Source: Octopus bimaculoides
Lineage: Eukaryota
Direction of reading: 5' to 3'
Assembly: GCF_001194135.2 (NCBI RefSeq)
Contig: NC_068989.1
Location: 36,872,774 to 36,919,501, forward strand
Length of the DNA: 46,728 nucleotides
The position numbers and the translations under genes were made by a program. The notes below the pieces were generated by a model. The model did no database searches. It saw only the letters and a program-made list of their open reading frames with translations, and was not told where the DNA came from. Position 1 is the first letter of the stretch. The number at the start of each line of letters is the position of its first letter. Shown here in pieces: positions 36,944-46,728 of the stretch.

Positions 36944-37270
36944 AGGCGCAGGCGTGGCTATGTAGTAAGAAGTTTGCTTCTCAACCACATGGTTCCAGGT
37001 TCAGTTCCACTGCATGGCACCTTGGGCAGTTTCTTCTTCTACAGCCTCGGGTCGACCAAAGCCTTGTGAGTGGATTTGGTAGACGGAAACTGAAAGAAGC
37101 CCATCGTACACACACACACACATGCACACACATGTATATGTCTATCCGTGTTAGTCTTTGTTTCTGTGTTTGTCTCCCATCATCGCTTAACAACTGATGT
37201 TGTGTTTACGTCCCCGTAACAGCATGGCCACAGTCTTATGACTGAAACAATTAAAAGATAAAAGATAAAG
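36944..37270 (+). mobile_element. SINE family A copy
   Basis: AGGCGCAGGCGTGGCTATGTAGTAAG...GGTTCAGTTCCACTGCATGGCACCTTGGGCAG...GAAAGAAGCCCATCG. Confidence 0.9.
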
Positions 37271-37929
37271 ATAATCGCTTTAATATCTAAATAAAATCCT
37301 TTAAAAGCAGTAAAATTTTATTTGGTAGATTTAAGTAATAGGTGGGTATGCCTACATGGGAGACAACTATGAATGACTTAATTTATAATTTCCCCAGTAA
37401 TTATAGTTACTTCCCTTTTAATTCACGCTGCACCGCAACTTTATGACTACCAGCAGATATAAAACCTGTCGTTAATTAAAAACTGTTTGATCTTTACTCA
37501 ACACTCATCGCTCCGCCTGATTTGTCAGCCACGATAGAAAGTATTAAAGTTTTATATGGAAGACTGAGGAAGCAAATAGGAAGCTGTGTCACCAAATGGC
37601 GTCAACTGCGTGTCTACAGGAATCAAGGAGACAGCAGAGATATCGGAATTGTAAATTACTTAAAAGTCTTTAAAAGCTTTACATACACGGACGTTTGTTT
37701 TGTGTATGTGTGTTTGCCAGCGGAATGGTTTGATGTTTATGATGTATCGGAAATTATTATAGTGGTGGTGGTGGTGATGTTTGTAGTAAAACTGTTAGTA
37801 GTAGCGACGGCGTTGAGGGCGTTGTTGTGTGGGTCGTAGTTGTGACAGCGGAGGTAGTTATGTTTGGTCAAGGATAAAGTGTTGCTAACGACACTGATGA
37901 TTTGAGTAGTGGCTTAGGAAATGGTAATA

Positions 37930-38290
37930 GTGTGGCAGGGGTGATGGCGGTAAAACGCAGTAGTGGTGGAGGTGGTGATGGTGGGGATGAAGATGGTGGT
38001 GGTGGTGGTGGTGATGGTGGCAGTGATGGTGGTGATAGTGATGGTGGAGACGGTGGTGATGGTGGTGATGGTGATGATGGTGACGGTCGACGTAGTTGAG
38101 GTGATGAGGATGGTGGTGGTGGTGATGATGGTGATAATGAAAACGGCAGTGATAGTGGTTGTGGTGATGGTGATGGTGATGGTGCTAGTGGTAATGGTGG
38201 CTATGATGGTGGCAGTAGCGGTGGTGGTGGAGGTGACGATGGTGGTTGTGGTAGCGGTGGTGGTCGTGGTGGTCGTGGCAGTATTAGTAT
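37930..38290. repeat. Degenerate (GGT/GAT)n trinucleotide microsatellite
   Basis: Direct reading. Confidence 0.9.
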
Positions 38291-38556
38291 AAATACAGAC
38301 TGTTGCTGTTGCAGTTGGTGGACATGACAAAGTTGGTTTTAGTGATGTAAAAGATAACAGAGTAGTGAGGTATGTTTGGGTGGTGCTGGGGTTAAAGCCG
38401 TAGGGGCGGTGGTGTGTGTTGGAGTAGATGAGATTTTGTTCTCCAATATATTGATGACAGACGTTACAGAATCACCATGAAATATAACTCTGAACTCTCT
38501 GTACGTACACATCGATATACACGACAGCTGTCATATAGGCAAATACAGATTTACAA

Positions 38557-38595
<39 letters not shown>

Positions 38596-38863
38596 AAGCA
38601 GCACGTGTATACACAAAGATGCCCATACATAGAGGATCAAATACATACAGAGTTTTACACACACACACACACGCGCTCATACGCAAACACATACACATAC
38701 AAAGGCACATACACAACCCTTACACCCATACCCATACACATACACAAAAGTTCATACAAACTCACATTCTATCACACACACGAAAAGTCAAACTCATTTA
38801 TATTCAAACACTTACATACACCTCGCTACACAGAATTTTGTGTGTGTGCGCGCGCGCGAGCGC

Positions 38864-38895
<32 letters not shown>

Positions 38896-39330
38896 AGATG
38901 CTCATATACATGCAGACCAGACCCTAAATAACACACACACAAGAACTTATATATACACAGACAGAGGCTCTTATATACATAGAGTCTTACACACATAGAA
39001 ATAGACAAATTGGCTATTACACGAAGAAACACATACACCACACACACGCATACACACGCATACACACGCATACACACTCACCATTAGTCATAAATATGGC
39101 TTAAACTAGAACTAGGTAAACTAGTTTTAACATCTCCAATACTCCGACCATTAAAATAGTTAATTAGAAAGAAATACATGATGAAACAGACAGAAATAAT
39201 GAAGTTAGGGTTAATATATTTTATGCCTGGAGTGTCAAAATAGTTAACTAGAAGTAGATAGACAGATAGATAGATGGATAGATACAAAAGACTGCTAGAT
39301 AGATTGCTGGGTATACAGACAGACAGACAT

Positions 39331-39407
<77 letters not shown>

Positions 39408-39949
39408 CAGACCAATTGATAGATTGACAGATAGACAGACAGTTACAAAGAAAGAAAGATAGATAGATGGATAGGTAGATGGATAGATAGATCTATTGAA
39501 ACATTAATCAATGATTAAAATTATTTTTATTTTCCTGGCACATCTCGAGAGATGTTTCCTTTTTTTCTGACATTTTCAATAAAATATAGCTTCCACTTAA
39601 ACTTGCCAAGGCAGTGATGAAAGAATCCTTAAATAAATGTACAAGATTTTTTTCCTATATTTGCTGGCATATAATGATATTTGTCGCTAATTACGATAAC
39701 TTTGTTTTTATTTCGTATTTATTTCCATATAGATTTTTGATGTTCTTCATATCAAATATGTTAACACTAACTTAACTATTTGTTTTTCATGCAGGCGGCG
39801 TTTCTCTCAATAAATTTATATGTAAACTGTAGTCACTTGTCTCTTAAAACTCTTTAAAAGCTTTATATGGACGTTTATTCTGTGCATGTATGTATGTATG
39901 TATGTATGTATGTATGCATGTGTGTGTGTGTGCGCGCATATGTAAATCA

Positions 39950-40440
39950 ACTATCATCTGGATAGAATGTGGTCAGATGCGTTTCTCTGATTTCGTTTGG
40001 ATTTTGAGGGTTTCATAAGCAAGCTTGTTATTGCCCTTCTTTATCTCAGCTTCGATCCCTTTGTACTGGTCTGCTATCCATTCCTCTTTCGCTTCTCTCA
40101 TTTCTTCCTAATCTTCCGATTCACAGCATTGTATTGCTGACTTGCCTCCTGACCCGTCACAGAGATTCAAAGATGTCACCAGTGACTCATGATTTCTTCT
40201 TCCTGCTTCTTCTCCCCAGCACTTCTAGAGCCATTTCATTAAGTGCTTCCTTGATATTTTCGATCAGGGAATTTATATCATCTCTCAGAAGGTCACTGGC
40301 TGCAAACCTGTCACCCACCTTCGCTCCAAACACTTTAGTTTCCGGCAGCAGAATCCTTAAGGATGGACGAGTACACTGGTTCTCACCTGACTCTCACTTC
40401 GAGATTATTGTCAGCCCTACCCTGGTACTACTTCTGCTAG
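39950..40440 (-). mobile_element. RTE (BovB-like) LINE fragment covering the region just after the endonuclease
   Basis: AKVGDRFAA..LL..DINSLIENIKEALNEMALEVLGRRSRKKKS*VTGDIFESLCD. Confidence 0.7.
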
Positions 40441-40444
40441 CAGA

Positions 40445-41150
40445 TTAAACGCTTGGAGAAGATATGGGCACTGCCAAGCAATTCTAAAGCTCACTGAAAT
40501 GCCATCATAGACACTGACTACTTTCAACCTTCTCTAAGACAATACTGTCTCTAGGATATGGTACACCTGTAGTATGTATGCTTATGAAGGACGAAAGAAG
40601 TTACTCACGAACTTAAATGGTACTCTTGGGATATTCTAAGGCGGGTTGAAATCAAGTGGACTTGATTTGGTGAGACAACAACAGATGGGGGTCACAAACT
40701 GTGGTACAGTGAAAATGACACCAAGTACAGACGTGGAGTGGGTTTCATTGTTAACAAAGCCAAGAGTAAGCTCAGTTATCAGCTGTACTCCAGTATCCAG
40801 CAGGCTCATCACCATACGTGGCTGTAAGACCACGGATTATTACCATCATACAAGTCTATGTGCTAACGCTTGAATATGATGTTGATGTTGTTGAGGAATT
40901 CTATGAGGACCTGGAGAAAACCACCAGAGAAGCTCCTAAAAGTGATGTCCTAATTGTCCTAGGAGACTGAAACGCCAGAGTAGGCCTGGATGCATATGAC
41001 TAGTGGGCTGCGACTGTGGGACGATTCGAGATCGGAGAAACCAATGATCGTGTACTGCGACTCAGAATTTGCTATCAAGCACATGCTGCTCTAGCCAGCA
41101 CGCTGTTCCCAATACAAGACCTCGCGGGCAAAGAATGCACCGCCTTAGTT
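40445..41150 (+). mobile_element. RTE LINE 5' region with an apurinic-type endonuclease domain, decayed
   Basis: THELKWYSWDIL..VEIKWT, GHKLWYS...YRRGVGFIV, SCTPVSSRLITIR, IIQVY, EEFYEDLE, LIVLGD*NARVG, GETNDR. Confidence 0.85.
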
Positions 41151-42062
41151 CATGCAAACGTCTTGATTCATGCGCTACACACAACAAGGGGTCACAATAT
41201 CGGGGACAATAAAAATCTGCAAAACCTTAAGATTTGAAGGATGATGAAAAGGCCGGTCAAAATTTACTCTAAATTAAAAAGAGAAAAAAGGCAATAGTCT
41301 ACATTACATACATACAAAATTAAAAAGTAAAAAAAAATTAAGAGGATAAAAAAGACAACACACATACACAGACAAAGAAACAGACAGACAGGAAGACGTG
41401 CACCCCCCCCCCCACATGCAGCACGCACACGTGTATCTATCACCGGTATATTTAATGTGCAAGTATTGTACTGAGTAGCATATAAAAGATAGCTTTTTCA
41501 CTAATGATTAATTATCTTTTGTTGGATCTGCGATATTTATTAGTGGATAAATTTGTACCCTTGTCTTCAATCCCTCCATATCATACCTCATACTTCAAAT
41601 GCGATAAAAGGAGCATTTTTGAGTGGCTACCCTTGAGTAATGGAGTTCCGGACCGCTTCGGCTTCTAGACATCCAGAATTTTCAGGAATGCGGCAACACT
41701 GAGCAACGTCATGCAGTATATGTACTCTGTATTAAGTAAACAAATGCTGTTTTTTTGACGTTGATTTAGTTGCATATGGTGTGTTAAAAGCAATTTTGTT
41801 CTTTACTTTTTAAAGTGGATTGATTAAAGTTAATCATCATCTGGTTTAGTAATGTATTAATTTGTATCTGTATCGGTTAAATAAAATCATATTCTTTACT
41901 TTTCCTCATTGAATTTTCATCTTATAAACGTTATACTACACACATGATGCAATACGATATATTTTAAGAATTTTAAGTGGATTAATAAATATAAAACAAA
42001 CCTTGATTTAGAAGTGTATTAGTTTGAATCTGTTAAATACAATTTAGGACTTTAGTTTTAGT

Positions 42063-42211
42063 AGCTGTGTGGTAACAAGGTTACTTCCTGACTACATGAT
42101 TCCGGGTTCAGTCCCAATGCGTAGCACATTGGACAAGTGTCTTCTACAATAGCCTCGAGCCGACCAAAGCCTCGTGAGTGTATTTTGGTAGAAGGAAACT
42201 GAAAGAAGCCG

Positions 42212-42246
<35 letters not shown>

Positions 42247-42428
42247 TCTCCTTGATTCTCTCCTTATTTCTTTCTGTGTTCCTTTCAGTTGAAGAGCGTA
42301 CCTCGAAACGTCAAAGACTTTCTCTATTCCCGAGCGTTAAACTAATACATCCATTTGTTGTTTACACCACCTGTCTTCGTCTGTTGTTTTTTTCGTAAAT
42401 TCTCCCATATATATATATATATATATGT

Positions 42429-42462
<34 letters not shown>

Positions 42463-42655
42463 TTCGTGTCTGTGTTTGTCCCTTACCACCGCTTGACAAA
42501 CTTAGCGGTTCGGCAAAACATACCGATAGAAAAGTACAAGACTTAAAAAAAAAAAAGTGCTGGGATCGATTCATTCCACCAAAAATTCTTTAAGGTGGAG
42601 CTCCAGCATGGCTGCAGTCTCATGATTGAAACAAGTCAAAGATAAAAGATATAAA
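42063..42655 (+). mobile_element. SINE family A copy with a nested PLE-type terminal fragment (about 42243-42406) in its (TA)n tract
   Basis: Head to GAAAGAAGCCGTC(AT)n, then the insert, then (AT)n(TG)n, then the SINE tail. Confidence 0.85.
42282..42316 (+). ncRNA. Degenerate minimal hammerhead-like motif
   Basis: CTTT-CAGTTGA-A-GAGCGTACCTC-GAAA-CG-TC-AAAG. Stem I CTTT/AAAG and the ACGT palindrome are retained, but the core deviates from CTGANGA at two positions. Confidence 0.4.
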
Positions 42656-43019
42656 ATGCCTGTCTCCAGAAAATCCGGAAATTTGGGACACTTCTGGATC
42701 CAAGCATGCCGGATAATTAGTACGGTACTGTACTAAAACTCATTATATTTTTCTTGTTGATTCTGCGTTATTTTAATGAGTTATGTAATCCCAAATGTAA
42801 CAATGATAATTGCTAAAATTTATTAGAGGAAATATCATGGCTAAATGTGAAATGTGAAAACGTTGGAATCAGTGAAATATATATAAAAAATTCTCTGGAA
42901 AATATGGCGTATGTTAAGAAAAAATGTTGCCTTATGTTTGGCAAGTGAATACATAGAAAAGGTTCAGGGATTAAGTATAATACTAATTAACAATAAAATA
43001 TATATTTACCCGGAATGAG

Positions 43020-43185
43020 ATAGTAGTAAGAAAAATGAAATAGTAATAGTAACAATAACCAAACAGGAACAACAATAAAAACAATAACAACAACAACGAC
43101 GCCAACAGCAGTAGCAGTAGCAGAAGTAGCAGCAGCAGCAGCAGCAGTTGCAGCAGCAGTAGTAGTAGTAGTAGTAGTAGAAATA
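43020..43185. repeat. (AAC)(AGC)(AGT)n compound trinucleotide microsatellite
   Basis: Direct reading. Confidence 0.9.
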
Positions 43186-43322
43186 ATATATGCATACATG
43201 TATATGTGCATACTTATATACATATATAGACATATATATATCTGTAAATGCATATGTGTGTGTGTGTGTGTGTGTGTATTTATGTGTGTGTGTGGTGTGT
43301 GTGTGGTGTGTGTATATATACA

Positions 43323-45190
43323 TCGTATTTTCCGGTCTATAAAACGCGTCGGTATTTAATCCGCAGGGCCGAATTTTGGGGGAAAATTTTGGTTTTATTC
43401 ACGCATAAAGCGCACCGGTGTTTAAAGGACCTATAGAGCTACGGGTTTGCAGCTAGCTTTTTTGTTGTCGACATGTATGTAGTTTCAGAATGCCTCCGAG
43501 AAAGAGTTACACAGCTGCCTTCAAGTTGGAATGTATCAACTATGCAAAAGAAAATGGTAACAGAGCCACAGCAAGACAGTACAACATAAATAAATCCATG
43601 GTCCGTTCATGGCGTAAACAAGCAGATTCACTACAACTGACCAAAAAGACCAAAAGTGCAAATCGTGGCAAGAAAGCTAGATGGCTAGTCCTAGAAGACC
43701 AGGTTGAGAGTTGAGTACTTGAGCAGAGAGCCTCACACCGAGGTGTAAGCACAGTACATATAAGACTGAAATCAGTATCCTTAGTCAAAGACCTTGGGAT
43801 GACTGACTTCTAAGGTGGCCCATCCTGGTGTCTCCGGTTCATGCGAAGTAAGCAGCTGTTACTGAGAGATTAAACGGTGTGCCAGACTCTGCCCGCAGAC
43901 TTGGAAGAAAAACTTTAACACCCCCCCCCCCCCACACACAGAGTACTACAAGACCAAAATAAGAGACCACACAGTCAGCCCTGACCAAGTTATCAACATG
44001 GATGAGGCTCCACTCACCTTTGACATGCCAATGGACAAGACTGTAGAGAAAGTTGGTATCCAGACCATAAGCATTAAAACGACAGGCCACCAGAAATCCA
44101 GTTTTACTTGCATATTCTAATGCACCACCTCCGGTATTCTTCTACCATCAATGCTGATCTTCAAAAGAAAGACCATAACAAAAGACATATTTCCAAAGGG
44201 TGTCATCGTTAAAATAAACGAAAAGGGCTGGATGGACAACGACATAATGAAAGCATGGATAACAGCGTGTTTCGTCAAGCGTCCAGATGGGTTCTTTCAC
44301 CGCCACAGAGCAATTCTAGTTATGGGTAGCATGCGTGCCAATATTACAGATGACATGAAGGAGGCCCTAGACCGTATAAACACCACACCAGCCATTATAC
44401 CAGGTGGAATGACCAAGTTACTTCAGCCGTTAGACATCAGCGTTAACCGTACATTCGAGATGCACATAAGAATGCAGCGGGAGAACTGGATGACATCGGT
44501 GGAAAAGATCATTCACAGCAACTAGAAGACTCCGCCGTGCATCGCTTCCAGAAGTCGCATCATGGGTGATTACAGCAGCAAAGTCCGTACCAAAGACGTG
44601 TGTAGTCAACAGTTTCAAGAAAGCTGAGATACTGCTTTTAGGTGATTCTGACTTTGATTTCGACAGTGAAGACGAAAACCCACTGGCAGAACTGTTCCAC
44701 TCAAACACAGAAGATGAAGATTTTGAGGGTTTCAGCAGCGATTCAGACAGCGAATAAATCTGAATAAACTATGATTCTGGTGCTTTCAAAGAACATTATG
44801 AGTACTTTATAATTCTTTGGTGCTTATTTTACATCTATGAAATGTATTGTCATTGTTATGATTTAATCTTACTATAATCAACAACAAACACATTTCCTCA
44901 ATATTAAAGTCTTTATTAGGTTTAAAATAACATTATCAAAAACATGAAGGTAAAACAAAACAAATATGCTTTGTTTTCTTCCAGGCACCAATGTACTGTA
45001 GCAGTAGTCTTTCACGTTGTTCACCGACCGACCTTTCCTCTGAAAAATTAAGTGGAATCAGTCAATCTCCATACACAAATTATTTTCCTCCTGAAACTTA
45101 AAAAAAATACACATATTAGGCGTACCTTTCTATAAGCCGCACACTAAATTTCCCAGGTAAAAATAGCGGCTTATTCACCGGAAAATACGG
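43323..45190 (+). mobile_element. pogo-family (Passer/POGK-like) DNA transposon, full length with TIRs, transposase inactivated
   Basis: TIRs (T)CGTATTTTCCGG and CCGGAAAATACGG|TA. Brinker-like DBD MPPRKSYTAAFKLECINYAKENGNRATARQYNINKSMVRSWRKQ; CENP-B-type HTH; INMDEAPLTFD; KGWMD; LVMGSMRAN (D to G); IPGGMTKLLQPLDISVNR. Confidence 0.9.
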
Positions 45191-45322
45191 TATATATATA
45201 GTAAATCTCTCCCTACTAAAAAAAACAAAAAACGAAGAACAAGCACAACAAGAACAAACAACAACGCAAGGACGTGGTACATGCCAAGTATTAGCAGACG
45301 CTCAGTGAAGGAAAGAAAGATG

Positions 45323-45357
45323 GTTTTACGTTTCGAGCAAAGTCCTTCGTCAGAAAC
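45323..45357 (-). ncRNA. Minimal type I hammerhead motif, intact core, weakened stem II
   Basis: Minus strand GTTT-CTGACGA-A-GGACTTTGCTC-GAAA-CG-TA-AAAC. Confidence 0.6.
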
Positions 45358-45634
45358 AGGAGACGGAGGAAAGTCCAGGTAGACGGAGGAAAAAATCGCC
45401 AACGATCCATATGTGGTTACATTTTGAAATGATGGATTAACACCGTTTTCAAGACTCTATGCTTGGAATGACCAATAATAAACACTATTGGAACTCACGC
45501 ACAAGGTACAGGAAACTTAATGGAACTTCAGATACAACATCCTTACGTATCTCACGTCTGTTTTCATTCCTCCACTTCACTCTGTATTTCATATCCTCAC
45601 TATAATGACTATTACTTAAACATTTTCTCGAACT

Positions 45635-45682
45635 GTCTCTAATGAAGGGATATATAAAATATCCCGGAAACAGCTGTAAGAC
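45635..45682 (+). ncRNA. Type I hammerhead motif with a G5A core mutation (CTAATGA)
   Basis: GTCT-CTAATGA-A-GGGATAT-ATAAA-ATATCCC-G-GAAA-CAGCTG-TA-AGAC. 7-bp stem II; palindromic stem III ACAGCTGT. Confidence 0.6.
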
Positions 45683-45732
45683 CTCTTTATAAATGTTCTG
45701 AAAAACTATTCACAGCCTTTTCTGTTAATTTA

Positions 45733-45773
<41 letters not shown>

Positions 45774-45840
45774 GCATACATGCACACATACATACATACA
45801 TACATACATACATACATACATACATACATACATACATAGA

Positions 45841-46390
45841 AGCTGCCCAGCGGATGTTAACACGAAGCTGAAGATCAGTGAAAAAGAGAACACCTATGCT
45901 GGACTATTGAGAAACCTGCAGTTACTCTATCCAGATTACAAGTTCAGGTTTATATCTGTAATTATTGGGGCCCTGGATATGTAACACACTGCCTGAATAC
46001 CAATATTGAGAAATTAGGCTTCTCAAAATCAGAAAGGAGAAAGCTAATTCGAAGACTACAGATCCAATCCATTACTGGAACTGTAAAAAATCTGTAAAAC
46101 TTTCCAGAAGCTTATCATTTAAATATATATGAGCATGTCTAGATATGCAACTATATGCATGAGAATACATACATAGAACATACAAATCTGCACATACATA
46201 TATGCATGCATAAATACATACATACATACATACATACTTACATACATACATACATACATACATACAATCAAACAAACAAAAATACCCTGTTGTTGATGTT
46301 GAAATTCCAATGGAGGAGCCTTGGCTCTAAGTTAGAAGCCGGTTCTTTCTCTATTCGCAAGAAATCTTGAAATAAACTGAATAATGACAT
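45841..46390 (+). mobile_element. 5'-truncated RLE-type non-LTR retrotransposon (R4/Dong/NeSL-like): restriction-like endonuclease C-terminus plus 3' UTR
   Basis: SCPADVNTKLKISEKENTYAGLLRNLQLLYPDYKFRFISVIIGAL/GYVTHCLNTNIEKLGFS...IQSITGTVK/ICKTFQK. Begins directly after (TACA)n. Confidence 0.7.
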
Positions 46391-46728
46391 ACACTTATTG
46401 ATATATACAAGCAATCATATTCAAGGTGTTCAAGTACACTCAAACGTGGGAATACCTTTCGCCGCGGAAATAGTGTCGGGAGAAACTTCTCCCCGAAGAC
46501 ATATGTTTGAAAATACATCATTGAACTATGAATGACATCATCGGACTGTAGATAGCATGTATTTCTGCATCTTTACGCTTCATCATTAACGAACACCGAA
46601 TTAGTCGTTCATAGCCCACTAAGGAGGGTCATCCTTATAAATAAAACAGCAATAATAAGCTCATGTACACACACACACATGCACACACGCGCACACAATC
46701 ACATACAGTCACACACACACTCACACAC

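Larger units (their letters stand above)
45198..45728. mobile_element. Two Penelope-type terminal fragments joined divergently (minus about 45198-45420; plus about 45420-45728), each with a hammerhead motif
   Basis: The minus fragment shares CCTGTTTC.GA.GAAG...TCGAAACGTAAAAC...TCTTTCCTTC.CTGAGCGTC with the 15308-15450 insert. The plus fragment carries the motif at 45635. The flanks are TA-rich microsatellite. Confidence 0.6.

Noticed and set aside
37914-38330. Thr-rich mucin-like ORF on the minus strand
   Set aside because: It is a degenerate (CAC/CAT)n tract that is also open on the opposite strand, with almost no Pro and no convincing splice sites.

Overview
AT-rich, gap-riddled animal genomic DNA with no complete protein-coding gene. 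The SINE families, microsatellite load and LINE types look cephalopod, most likely Octopus; this is pattern recognition, not a database result. The window is mostly decayed mobile elements. These include about 30 SINE copies from 4-5 families, plus remnants of RTE, Tx1, R4/Dong-like (RLE) and Penelope-like (PLE) retroelements and a Ty3/Gypsy gag-pro-RT segment. DNA transposons include Chapaev3-like (TIRs plus TAA TSD), Tc1/mariner, mariner, pogo/Passer-like and hAT elements, and several MITEs. Almost all long ORFs in the supplied track are artefacts of N-gaps or microsatellites. The most interesting signal is five type I hammerhead-ribozyme-like motifs. One has an intact catalytic core inside a 212-bp insertion flanked by a 13-bp direct repeat (retrozyme-like), and two share an unusual A/G pair at the base of stem II. 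Other leads are an unassigned GC-rich decayed reading frame at about 21.9-22.6 kb, an RTE with 5'-inversion (twin-priming) geometry, and weak candidate host exons. All domain and family calls come from motifs read by eye and need HMM or BLAST confirmation.
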